A stretch of 64,000 nt of DNA from Octopus vulgaris (taxonomy: Eukaryota). How positions within the stretch are numbered: the stretch's first letter is position 1; every line of letters begins with the position of its first letter. The notes beneath the pieces are model-generated. The model did not search any database. It was not told the origin of the DNA and worked only from the letters and a program-made list of their open reading frames with translations. A program made the position numbers and the translations under genes. Location of the stretch: NCBI GenBank assembly GCA_951406725.2, contig OX597830.1, forward strand, positions 41,106,001 through 41,170,000, written 5' to 3'. Positions 12,591-24,470 of this stretch are shown in pieces.

Positions 12591-13133
12591 ATATATGGAC
12601 AATGCTGTAAGAAACAAGGTGAGAAATGAAGCAGGTAAGAAAAGTAAAATAACATGCTGCACAAATATTAATTCAAAGAGAAATCTTACATGAAAAAATT
12701 ATAAAAGATAAGAATTGGAATTTTCTTTATGCATGTGAGCAAAACCATTGAAATAATAATAAAAGATTTTAGAATTTTCAAGGAAGTGTTTCATAAGCAG
12801 TAAGAATTAGGGGAAATATACATTTGGGCATTTTAGAGGGTGGTGAAAATTTACCATATTTTCTTGAGTTGCTAGGCGACAAAAACTAGATGTTGAAGCA
12901 GAAGAATTGCCAATATATCAAGTAGAATGAAATTTCTTTAGCAAAGAACTAAAAATGATTGATACAAACACATACAAAATAACATTTAAACAAGGAGATA
13001 AAAGGAATGGGTAAGGAAAGTGAAATTGTATGACACAGAATTATGTATATACATGTAACTATATATATATACACATTTGTGTGTGTGTGTTTGGGCCTAT
13101 GTATGTATGTATGTATGTATGTATGTATGTATG

Positions 13134-13191
<58 letters not shown>

Positions 13192-13301
13192 ATTTTTTTC
13201 TAGTAAAATTTCTCTTTGAATTGGTATTTGTGCAGCATATTATTTTGCTTTCCTTACTTGCTTCATTCCTCACCTTGTTTCTTATGGCATTGTCCATATA
13301 T
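12591..13301. repeat. Inverted repeat with arms of about 113 bp (12591-12703 and 13188-13301); probable Penelope-like 5' remnant
   Basis: Arms align at roughly 85 percent by eye; the left arm continues into a broken ORF containing NFLYACEQN, similar to the FLxxC motif of PLE N-termini. Confidence 0.85.
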
Positions 13302-13479
13302 ATGTATATGTGTGTGTGTATGTATGTATGTATATATATATATATATATATATACATAAATACATACATATATATATACACACCACACACACATATAAAT
13401 ATATATGTGTGTGTGTATGTGTGTATATATATATATATAAAAGTAAAAGGGGTACAGTGAACTTGCTGTGAGGAGTGGA

Positions 13480-13517
13480 ATATCCAACTTTTCAGATTCA
13501 ATCCTTCATCAGGATAT
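13480..13517 (-). ncRNA. Degenerate hammerhead motif
   Basis: Minus strand ATATC-CTGATGA-AGGATTGAATCT-GAAA-AGTTG-GATAT; stem III and cleavage triplet are corrupted. Confidence 0.35.
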
Positions 13518-13760
13518 ATATATATATACTTACACACATTTATATATACATAGCTGAGTTAGAGGTTTAGAGGTTAAAATAACCATCTAAGGGATAGTAG
13601 TATCTGTTACACCACTGGTATATTACCAATGTTTAACCATGGACATACATATGCAAGCATATTATGCTCATAAATTATAGGTAAAGACAAGGATAAACAT
13701 GAGTCTATGAAGAATCAAAAATTAAAAAAAGAAGAGTATAGATAAAAAAAGGGAAAAGTT

Positions 13761-13855
13761 GAATATGGTTCTAATCATACCATTTTGCTTGCGTATCTCT
13801 TTCTTAATGTTCCAAAGAGATACGCAAGCAAAATGGTATGATTAGAACCATATTC
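13761..13855. repeat. Perfect hairpin with a 42-bp stem and 11-nt loop
   Basis: 13761-13802 is the exact reverse complement of 13814-13855. Confidence 0.97.
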
Positions 13856-14300
13856 CAGTTTTCCCATTTTCTTCTCTATGCTCTTCTTCTTTATTTATTC
13901 TTCAATCTGTTGAAGCTCCATGTTTCAAATAGGTTTTATTACCAAATATAATGTTGTTAGCATATAAATGGCAATACCATCCCACATTGGAAGCAGAAAC
14001 AGCTGTTTGATGGGATGCAATCTATTTGTATTGAATAAATAATTATTGATGTAAGTCAATCGTTGTTCATCGATATTTCTCCGTTTTTTGCCTTCTTTAA
14101 GTTTTATATCTACATATATATATCCATATATATCAGGCACATGCCATGAGTAATTACTCAAGGTAGGCAGTTGGTGATGTTTATGTAGTAAAACACATAA
14201 AAAAATAAGTGAAACACAGGCATGCGACTGAGTTGTAGGCAGATTTACTTCTGCATTTATATCATGTAAATAAAATGTTGTTGTAGGAATGTACATAGCA
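13800..14300 (-). mobile_element. Decayed Penelope-like RT remnant
   Basis: Ordered weak matches: YIPTTTFYL (cf. YIxDTxDFL), FYVFYYINIT (cf. FDVxSLYTNIP), INNYLFN (cf. NNYFxF), ENWNMVLIIPF (cf. NWKRYLDDCF). Confidence 0.35.
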
Positions 14301-14347
14301 CATGTACTACAGCAGTACTATGTGTAGTTTTAATACTGCTATTGAAA

Positions 14348-14519
14348 GGCAGGGGTGAATTATGCCTACCTAATCTACAAATGCAAAAATATTTTGCATT
14401 TTATGCATAATTATCAGAGCAACCTTCACAATTTTATTGAATTGGGTGCATATTTTGCCGTAAAAGGAAAATGTTATTATTGATCTATTTCATTCAGGGT
14501 AGGCACTTCCTACCTTGCC
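14348..14519. mobile_element. Small MITE-like element
   Basis: Imperfect inverted ends GGCAGGGGTGAATTATGCCTACCT and GGGTAGGCACTTCCTACCTTGCC; no clear TSD. Confidence 0.4.
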
Positions 14520-14933
14520 TACCCAGGCAGCACATCCCTGATATAAGTATAATCATTCGAAAAGTATCTAACTTTATTTTCTCCCAATAAAACTAATGCT
14601 GCATGGGCAAAACCCTTTGGGTGAGAGGTGATGCCACCTTCCCTGTAATACAAGGATGTTTTTGTGCTGGTAGGCCACATGTAACATATGCTCATCATCC
14701 TGCAGTACATATATATATATTTATAAACCATAAAAAGTCAGGGGGTATGCAAAATGAATATATTTATTTAACCACCTACATCCTTTGGATTATACTTCTC
14801 TGCATTACATTTCTTTATATTGGATTACTGTGTGGTCTGATAACCATGTCCATTAGAAGAGCTTTATGTGATTGCCACATGATTCTCTGAGTTCACATCT
14901 TATATTACAAATAAATATATATGTATATATGTA

Positions 14934-14977
<44 letters not shown>

Positions 14978-16233
14978 TTTGGGAATACATGGAAAAATAC
15001 ATATTTGTATATATGCATATATGTATTTATAAGTGAAATATATGTATCTGTGCATCTAGATAACTTAGGAATTCATGCAAGCATAAAATAATGGATATTG
15101 AATTCTTGGTGATGTTTACCATAAATTTAAAAACAAATAGGCAAAAAATAAAGAAAACTTACCCATCCAAAATGGAAGAACACAGAATTGCTACCATTGA
15201 TGTGTGTGTGTGTGTGTGTATGTGTGTGTGTGTGTGTGTGTGTGTAAATATATATATGCTGTAATTACTTGATTTAACTTTTTTTGTGTGTTTTTTTTCC
15301 AAGAAAATAATAGTGAATGAAGAAAATATTGTATAATCTTGAAACTCAAAGAGATTTTTCGATCTAAATCTAGTTTTGATAATATTTACTTATGGCTTGC
15401 ATTGCTGAGGTTTATAATTTTAAAGAAATCAGCCAATACAGAAATCGTAGAAATGTTATTTATGATGTGTATGTAGTTCTTGTTGTAACAAACAATTACA
15501 TGTCCATGTGTATGTTTGTGTGTGTGTATAATCTTGCATTGAAAACATGTTTGTGAATTATTTCCAGTAAGTTTTTTTTTGATGTTTTGTTAGAAATTTT
15601 ACTTGCAATTCTACTATTAAGATAACATAAATAAATGTCCTAAATATTCGTATTTATAGTATTCCTTACTCATTATCTAAACTTAGTGTTGAAATTATCC
15701 TTATAGTTTTGTGAAAGTTTTTTAATATTTTTCAAATCTTTTCTTGGTGTTTTTGAGGTCACATGATGTTAAAAATTCTCTACAAAAAATGTGTACATGT
15801 ATTTTAACATTACTGAAAAATTACCGAAAATATGCTACACTCTCATAATGTTATGCTTTTATTTGACACAACAATTCCTTAAAGAACAAGAAATTATACC
15901 CCTGTGCAGGCCTGCATGTTTGTGCATGTCCATGTCCAATCATCATCACCAGCATTTAACACCATTTTCTATGCTTGCATGGGTTGGACAATTTAACATG
16001 ATGTTGCAAGCTCCAGAGTTGCACTGTACCTTATTATCAGCTTTGGCATATTCTCTATAGCTTGATGTCCTTCCTAATGCCAACCGCATTAGAGTTATGT
16101 CCTAGGTGCTTTTTTTCACACCACTGGAGTTGTCAAGTAAGTTACAAGACAGAAAAGAAGATCTCCGATAGAAAAGAAACATGGCCCCATCATTGGTATA
16201 TAACAACTATTACTTAAACATTTTCTCACACCA

Positions 16234-16279
16234 TCTCTGATGAAGGGATATATAAAATATCTCGGAAACAGCTGTAAGA
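16234..16279 (+). ncRNA. Minimal type I hammerhead ribozyme motif (PLE type)
   Basis: TCT-CTGATGA-aGGGATAT-ataaa-ATATCTCg-GAAAC-AGCT-GTA-AGA: helix I TCT/AGA, stem II, palindromic stem III loop, GUA triplet; the first stem II pair is mismatched. Confidence 0.75.
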
Positions 16280-16358
16280 CCTTCTCTTTATAAATATTCT
16301 GTAAAGTTTCACAGCTTAGGATTTTTTTACCTCATTCTGTTAATTTTTTATATATATA

Positions 16359-16420
<62 letters not shown>

Positions 16421-16499
16421 GTCTTAAAGAGGACAAAAAAATGCTAAGGCAAGAATCATTATCTCAAGTCATATATGTTACTATTATTAGAAAAATTTA

Positions 16500-16538
16500 G
16501 TCTTACAACTGTTTCTGGGATATTCCGTCATCAGAGAC
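16500..16538 (-). ncRNA. Minimal type I hammerhead ribozyme motif (PLE type)
   Basis: Minus strand GTCT-CTGATGA-CGGAATATCCCA-GAAAC-AGTT-GTA-AGAC; 4-bp helix I, weak stem II. Confidence 0.7.
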
Positions 16539-17078
16539 AAATAGGGAAAATGTGAAGGGTATAGGTTAAGGGAGAAAAAAGAAATAAAGAAATGAAGAAA
16601 AAAGAAGCATAAAAGTTTACAGCTCAAGTTTCCAATAGTGTAGATGCTAGTCCATCAGTCTTTTGGTACAGTCCTATGTAAATCTAGGAATGATTGAAAG
16701 CTTACATAGTGTAAATATTTGTGGAGCCCTGGTATTCTCTTATAGCACTTACCCAGCATACCTAGTCATTTAGATCACCTGTGGACTAAACTCTCATATT
16801 TTTCTCAGCAATTAATTGATTTCCACAGTACTGCAGATTTTCTTTTTTACCTGTCCTTGATGACTATTTTGGACCTGTTCTTTCATGTTATACATATTTA
16901 CTATCTCTATTCTGTCTTATTTGAACTCCTTACCTTTTCATATTCTGTCTTGTTTGGGGTATTGGCTCTTTCTACCTTCCTTCTTCAGTTCTTCCTTCAC
17001 TTTGTAAATGTAAAATGATGATAATGGTGATAGGGAAATATATTCTACTCTTTTTTTTTGTATGTGCCTAAGTAGTTC

Positions 17079-17215
17079 ATCTACTGAAGATAAGATAGGG
17101 CAATCGCTGTTCTGATGATGCTTACGGAAGCAGAAACATGTCCAGCTGAGGATATTTTTGCTACTTCAGTAAGTATTATCAACACAGCAATTGTCCTACC
17201 TCATCTTCAGTAGAT
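17079..17215. repeat. Imperfect 137-bp palindrome centred on CAGCTG (17143-17148)
   Basis: Left arm CTACTGAAGATAAGATAGGGCAATCGCTGT... aligns to the reverse complement of the right arm CTACTGAAGATGAGGTAGGACAATTGCTGT... Confidence 0.85.
17106..17146 (+). ncRNA. Minimal type I hammerhead ribozyme motif
   Basis: GCTG(tt)-CTGATGA-TGCTT-ACGG-AAGCA-GAAAC-AT-GTC-CAGC; perfect 5-bp stem II, GUC triplet; helix I needs a 2-nt offset. Confidence 0.65.
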
Positions 17216-17223
17216 AGGACATC

Positions 17224-17472
17224 TTTTTAAGTTTGGTGCTTATCCTATTGGTCTCTTTTGCTAAACCACACACACACACATGTATGTGCACTCACACACA
17301 CATGCACACGATGGGCTTCTTTCAGTTTCCACCTACCAAATCCACTCACAAGGCTTTGGTTGGCCGGAGGCTGTAGTAGAAGACAATTGCCTAAGGTGCC
17401 ATGCAGTTGAGCTAAACCTGAAACCATGTTGGTTGTGAAGCAAATTTCTTACCACACAGCCACACCTGCACC
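17224..17472 (-). mobile_element. Family B SINE
   Basis: GGGCTTCTTTCAGTTTCC...CCAAATCCACTCACAAGGCTTTGG...TTCTTACCACACAGCCACACCTGC is the reverse complement of the family B head. Confidence 0.85.
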
Positions 17473-18474
17473 TATTTACAGTTACTTTTTTGAGATTTGC
17501 TAACCTCAAAAAAAAAAGAAAAAAAAAAAAAGATTTAGTCAACCTCAACTGAAAAAAAGCTAAGTCTGTGCATTGTGTCCCTCACTGAAGCAGGTCACTT
17601 CAGCTCAATCTAGTTTAGCCTGACACTCTCTACCACTGAGCCATTAGCCTATTATTTATGTAGGTCAGCCAGCATGGTGAGTGCTTTCTGTCTTGTTTTG
17701 ACTGGGAGAAGAAGACAGTAGTCTTTCATTCATTCAGCTTTCTTTAATAATTGTGAACTTATTCTTTTATGATAGTCTTCTTCCACAAACCACAGTTTAC
17801 ATGGATGACCTGTTTGAATGCAATCTTTTTCTTTCTTTCTGTGAATTTTTTTTTGCTTTCCTTTCATTATTATAAAAATACTTTTCTTTGTGTGTTTTTG
17901 TGTATGTACGTATATATGTATGTGTATGCATATTCATATATGTATGAATGTATGTATAAAGGCTATAGATATTTTTAGTTACTTTTGTAAAAGGAAAACT
18001 ACTTTCATTCTTTTTTTTTTACTGCTTTTTGTATCTACTTTTCTATGTAACATTTGTAATGTTTTCAAGTTTGACATCCTTCCTACACCAAGCCGCTCAA
18101 CATGGAGTCTCTTCCATTTAACCAATACAAAAAATAAGGACAAGTACAGTTACAGCCCTTATTTACAATATGGCAACCATTTTGCTTCATAATCATTACT
18201 CTAATAAAGCTAAAAGGTCATTTTAATCAATTTTATGAAAAAGAAATAAAATTCATTGTAAGTCATTGTTACTTGATATTCCCATATCTACATTGACTTC
18301 TATTCACCATGTGGCAACATGTAGTGAGTACTGCATGGTAGCAGATAATCTCTTTGCAAACCTTGACAAAGCCGCAACTTACTTTGATTCCCACATACAA
18401 ATCTTTTATTTAAATATTACATTACCAATTCCTTTTACCACAATGACCTTTGCTAGTCATCTCATCATCTATCG

Positions 18475-18547
18475 ATGAACATGTAGTAAACCATGGACAT
18501 GTAGCAAACCATGGACATGTAGCAAACCATGGACATGTAGCAAACCA
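18475..18547. repeat. 18-bp minisatellite x4 (ATGGACATGTAGCAAACC)
   Basis: Three exact copies and one copy with 2 mismatches. Confidence 0.95.
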
Positions 18548-18558
18548 AATTGTTGACT

Positions 18559-18780
18559 CATCATCATTTAATGTCTGCTTTTCCCTGCTGGCATGGCTCA
18601 GGAAGATTTTCTACGGCTGGATGCCCTTCCTGTTGCCAACCCTCGCCTGTTTATGGCAAGGTAATATTTTCCCTTGGCAAGAAATGTTCTTACTAAATAT
18701 TGGAAGTGAATGACACCACTTGTGTGATGGTGACACTCATTTACAACCAACATACAATGTCAAGACAAGGAGACACAAAC
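18559..18780 (-). mobile_element. Family D RTE-tail element with (GAT)n tail
   Basis: CATCATCATTTAATGTCTGCTTTTCC...GGATGCCCTTCCTGTTGCCAACC; related copies near 6890, 15938, 18895, 20698, 22915, 23335, 28052, 28410, 42410, 47240, 55780 and 57040. Confidence 0.75.
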
Positions 18781-19174
18781 ACAGTCCCACTCACACATAA
18801 ACATATATACACTCCTGACTCTATTTAAAAAATTTACAAGGGATAACCTTAAAACCCCAGATTTTGAAGTATGGAATAATATGAGATTGTGATGTTCATC
18901 GTCATCATCATCATATGTCTGTTTTCCATGGTGGCATGGTTTGGATGGTTTGACATGGAGCTAGCCAGCCAGGGTACTGACTTGTCTCTAATTGTCTGTT
19001 GTGGCATGCTCTTCCTAACTCCAACTTCATAACTTCTTTTCTGTAGTGCATTGTTACTGGTCCATTTGAAATGAAGTGAAATTGTTGCATCCGAGAGTTG
19101 AAATAGAGTTGCTGTTTCATTTCACCAGGAACTTGTTTTGCCAATTTTGTAGTTGAAGAGGTGAAGTAGATATT

Positions 19175-19399
19175 GGTTTCAGATTTTGGCACAAGGCCAG
19201 CATTTTCAGATCAGTGAGTAAGTTGATTACATTGATCCTAGTACTCATCAGGTACTTATTTCATTGACCCCCCTCCCAACCTGAAAGGATGAAAGGAAAA
19301 GTTGACCTCAACAGAATTTGAACCCAGAACTTGGAAATGGATGAAATGTTGTTAAGTATTTCACCAGGTGTGATAACAATTCTGTCCGCTCACCACCTT
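19175..19399 (-). mobile_element. Family A SINE
   Basis: Full reverse-complement match to the family A pattern; inverted relative to the copy at 19708, about 300 bp away. Confidence 0.85.
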
Positions 19400-19707
19400 A
19401 GAGATAAACTAAATGTCAGTTTCAGTTTGTCTAATCAGAAAGGCACTTGTATTTTAGGAAGAGAAAAAAATGAAACTTTGTGGTATTTAGACCTTTCTCA
19501 AGGGCATCAACAAAATAAATAAAGTGTAAAGATAAACATATTATTGACTAATTATCAGTCAGCAATTAATGGGTAATTTTTTGGTGGTGGGGAAATAAAT
19601 CTATTGTTACTTGTTAACGATCAGTTATAATCTATCTTTTTAATGTAATATATTTGATCACTTTTATGCAATTTATTTCTTTAATTTTTAATATTTATTA
19701 TTTCTTT

Positions 19708-19930
19708 AAGGTGGCAAACTGGCAAAGATGTTAGCATGCCCGGCAAAATGCTTAGCAGTATTTTGCCTGTCTTTACATTCATTCCAAGTTCAAATTCCTC
19801 TATGGTCGACTTTGCCTTTCATCCTTTCAGGGTTGATAAATTAAGTTCCAGTTGTATACTGGGGTCGATCTAATCCACTGGCCCCCCTCCCCCAAAATTT
19901 CGGGCCTTGTGCCTAGAGTAGAAAAGAATA
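19708..19930 (+). mobile_element. Family A SINE with target-site duplication
   Basis: Full body; flanks AATATTTATTATTTCTTT and AATATTTATTGTTTCCTT. Confidence 0.88.
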
Positions 19931-19984
19931 TTTATTGTTTCCTTGTACCATAGAGAGTTTCTGCTTGGTGAATTGACAGGATGT

Positions 19985-20590
19985 AAAACTCCTGCCTGAA
20001 GTATATATAGTTCATAGCTTGTCACCACCATTGTGCTGTATCTATGGCCAAAACACTTACTGGTTGCTGTTTTAGTTAATCTAACAGTAAATAGGTAACA
20101 AGAGTAAGCAGACCTCTCTGTTATAAGGAGTGGTGTTGAGTAATTGACAAGTGTTTGGTTACTATACAACACTGGGGACTGGTTTCACTTTCTCAGGATA
20201 GATTTCATGAAGACATAGAGGTGATGCAAGGGTTGTTAAATAATTATCCATCACTGACTTTATGTCAATGATAGAGTTCTCACGTATTTGTACGCAGGCC
20301 AGTGTGGGGGCTTCTGTGCACTTACATGTTGTATGTAGTAGCCAAATCTCTATGGACATACACTGTAGCTGTTAAATATGTCTACATTTATTCTGCCATC
20401 ATTTTAAGATTGTATGCTCGATGATAAAATACAGGACAATAATAACTGGTAATCTTAATTAAAGATTTTATTTCATCAATTAGCTCTAGTTATTAGGCCT
20501 GCTCACACAGAAGTAACTAAGGTAATTTAACAATAGCCTGAACCTGTATAATTACCTGTATCTTATCTCTTCAACTTCTATTTCTGGGGA
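19985..20590 (-). pseudogene. Possible heavily decayed tyrosine kinase domain fossil
   Basis: Collinear minus-strand fragments EEIR, AIVKL, YLTATVYVHRDLAT (20337-20378), LCLHEIYPEKVKPVP, SNQTLVNY...ER, KCFGH; no DFG or APE motif; stops and frameshifts. Confidence 0.4.
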
Positions 20591-21059
20591 CAGAAAATAA
20601 GGAGCAATAGCTCATGGTATCATTAAGGCACTAATGGAATATTTAGTCTTCATGTTGTATATCTCTCACACATGTCAATTTAATAGAACTGTGCAACATC
20701 ATTGTTTTAACGTCCAATTTTTCTGTATTTGCATGAGTTGGATAGATTTATTGAGGCAGATTTTCTACAGCTGGATGCCCTTCCTGCCACCAACCCTCCC
20801 TTGTTTCCAAGCAAAGTAATATTTCCCCATGGCCAGACATGTTTTTGTGGAATATTAGAAAATGAAAACATTGCTTTTATGAGAAGGATACTCATTTACA
20901 ACTATCCCACAATGTCAAGATAAACACACACATGCACACACACACACTGAGCTTGTTTCAGTTTCTGTCTACTTAATCCACTCACAAAAGCTCTTCTACT
21001 ACCAAATTATATCAACAGGTGTTGATCTCACCACTGTAAATATATAAATAATTTTAAAA

Positions 21060-21114
<55 letters not shown>

Positions 21115-22437
21115 GTCTTTGCCTTGCTGTAATGCAGCGAGTTGTTTCCACTCTCCTGTACTTATTTATAGCTAAATGTAACAGACCATTTGAGAAATTA
21201 AGATCATTGGCCAACAGATACAATACAGTGCTGGTAACAGGATGTAAGCTACCAGCATCAATCTGCCAGCTGATTGGTTGTCTGTTACCCTGTTGACTCA
21301 ACAATTCATGCTCGCATATTTCTTTTGACAATCTGTTCATGAAGTAGACATTTCACTTAGACACAAGATACTCCCCTCCTCTCTTCCACCTCTCTCCTCC
21401 ACTCCCATCTTTGCAATGAAAGAACAACATAGTTGAGTAACATGGTCTCAGAGTATCACAGTCAGTTCCTTAACCAAAATCTGATGGAATAAAAAAACCA
21501 AAAAAAAAACAAAGTTCACATGTGAGGAATTCGAACACCGAAATCTGAAACACTAAACTGTATTCTGTTATGTAATATACCGTCTCCTAGTCATTAGCTT
21601 CACTCAAAACATTGAAGCTGACACTCTGATGTGATAAAATAAAAATAAATATAACAAGGTATATTTTAATAATGGAGTGAAATAAATAATAGTTTGCTTT
21701 TTAAATTAATTTGTTCCATAAATGTCAAAATTCATACTTTTAAGCAACATCTAATATTGTACACCTTATGTGGTGTTTATGTGTGTATATATATATGTTG
21801 TGTGTGTGTGATGTAGTAAACTGGCCAAATTGGATTAGCAATGCAGTGAAACTTCAGCTTTGAATTAATACATTTGAGTGTTCATGAGATATGTATGTCC
21901 ATCAGTTGGTCCTATGATGTGTGTGCATATACGTATATCTATATATGTATATTTTGTGTGTATAACACACACACATACACACACATATATAGTAGTAAAC
22001 CTCCACACATACTCACAAAATATGTATAATATAATATAAAAGTAATTGAGTTAGTAGCTGTTATTCTTCATATAAACTACTTTACAATATTAAAACTATT
22101 TGTCATTAATAGTAAACAATAAAATAATAAAATTGACATGAAAAACTGGAAAAAAATATAAAAAACCAAGACTTAAAATATATATTAAAAAAACTTTTCA
22201 AAAACAAAAATCTTGCTATTTGATAAATTGTTATAATACTCTATGAATTGTTATTTCTCCATACCATATATAGTTCTGGCACCATTATATTGTTAAATGT
22301 TGTAAGGACCAGATTTTTTTCTCTTTTATTTGACAATCAATAGAGAAAGTATTTTTTAACAGAATTTCTATTAATATTAAAGGGATACTTTACTGACAGA
22401 TTATATATGTGTGTTTATACATGTGTGTGTGTGTGTG

Positions 22438-22485
<48 letters not shown>

Positions 22486-23969
22486 ATGCACACACACACA
22501 CGCACATATCTATCTATCTATATATATACATACACACATACACATGTATACACTATATATCTATCTATCTATCTATATATATATATATGACGCAGACACA
22601 CACACACATATATGTATGTATATGTATATATATTCAGTACATGTGTGCAAACCAAGAAGGATCAAAATAATGATGTATATGTTTATTTTTAGTACATTCC
22701 TGTATACAAGAGAGTGACTGGCATTCACTGTAAGATTTTGTCTCAGACAACAAATTTTTTCATATAGATTGTGTGTAAGGACACACCAAGTTCCAAATGA
22801 TGTTAGCAAACTACCAGACACAGAGTTTCAGCATAGTTTTGACTCCTCAGTGATAGATAATGCAGATAGATATGTATATATGTGTATGTGTACATGTGTG
22901 CATATATCTATATATATCATCATCATCATCATAATCATCATCCATTGTCCATACTGGCATAAACTGGACAGTTTGACCAGGACTGGTAAACTGAGGGGTT
23001 GCACTAGACAAATGTCTGATTTGGCATGGTTTCTATGGCTGGTTGCCCTTCCTAATGCCAACCACTACAAGAGTGTAATGGGTACTTTTGTGTGCCACCT
23101 GTATAGGTGTCAGTTGTGTGACACCAGTATCTGCCATGACTCCAATTTCATTTGGTTTGGTGTGTCTTCTACCCAAGCACAGCATATTGCTAAAAGCATA
23201 TTGCTTCCATGAGGCCCAATGCTTGAAAGGTGCTTTTTATGTGCCATATATGCATGCACTTGTATATATGCATGTGTATATATGTTGTGTGTGTGTGTGT
23301 GTGTGTTGTAAGAGGTCACTAAAAACATTAACAATTAGGAGGGCATTCAGCTGTAAAAGTTTTATCCTACCCATGCCAGTATAGAAAAGACGACAGGCAA
23401 ACAATGATGAGGATGATATGAGTCTATATGCGAGAGAAAGAGAGAGTGTGAAATATATAGATTTGTGTGTGTGTATGTGTATTAAATATATAAATATACA
23501 TTGGAAGAAACTTCTAATAGTTGAATGGCTAGAACTTATATTTATCTTTTATTATTATCATTATTATTATTATTATTATTTATTAATGAAATGAAACATG
23601 AAAATATAAATTTTCCTCTGACTGTGTGGGGGTGGGGAATTGAATTTAAGAATATTTAAAAATGTAAATGTAGCAGGGTGGGTGAGTGGAAACAGTATCA
23701 AACAATGCGAAATATTTGTGTTTGATAGATAGATAGATAGATACAGAGAGATAGTGAGAGAGAGAGACAGAGAGACAGAGAGAAAGTGGAAAAGTATGTG
23801 ATAGTAAATAAGAAAGAAAGTAATTTGAATTTTTTTCAAAACAAATCAGAACACAGAAGGATGAAACTAAATACAGCAAGGCAAGGCATCTAGTGTTATG
23901 TTCTGTGGTTCCTACCAACCTTTTTTCTCTTTAGTAACAGTAATGCTACTACTGCTAGCACTAGAGTCA

Positions 23970-24022
<53 letters not shown>

Positions 24023-24339
24023 TGTGTGTATATATATATATATATATACACACAGACACAGACACACACTGTAGTTATTATGACTCTGATAACAGTTTGT
24101 TGCAAAATATGAATTATTAAAAAGAATATAGCATACATGACTTTTTCTTGCCAGAAGATCATTTACCGTTTGCCATTTGCTAGAATCTCATAAACAACAT
24201 TCTTCATAAGAGCCTTTCATCTGTAGGATTGCCAAATATCAAGGAGACTTCAAATTTGTCCAACGCTAATGGATTTATACGCCAATGGAATTATGTTGAT
24301 AGCATTGACCAAAGGCAAAACACTAGCACATGACAAGAT

Positions 24340-24470
24340 ATTTCTGAAACAAACTAGAGAACCCACCTAAATATTATGGAGATAACCAGAATGTGGGATG
24401 GACGGGGTTGGCATTGAAAACAGAAACAATATCCCTTGTAATGGGTGCGGTGAGAATGATAAAAAGAGAC
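24340..24470 (+). mobile_element. Old R4/Dong-type LINE endonuclease fragment
   Basis: EITRMW...LKTETISLVMGAVRMIKR matches EVTQMWNLKTETIPTIVGTLGMIK in the 52823-53162 copy. Confidence 0.55.

Larger units (their letters stand above)
16150..16850. mobile_element. Two Penelope-like 3' ends arranged tail to tail around a (TA)n tract
   Basis: Plus strand: RKEDLR*KRNMAPSL then an HHR then (TA)n. Minus strand: KLSIIPRF...YWKLEL* then an HHR. Both resemble PLE GIY-YIG C-termini followed by a pLTR HHR. Confidence 0.6.

Noticed and set aside
12595-12640. First coding exon MDNAVRNK... with donors GTGAGA and GTAAGA
   Set aside because: Lies in an inverted-repeat arm that continues into PLE-like sequence; no downstream exon identified.
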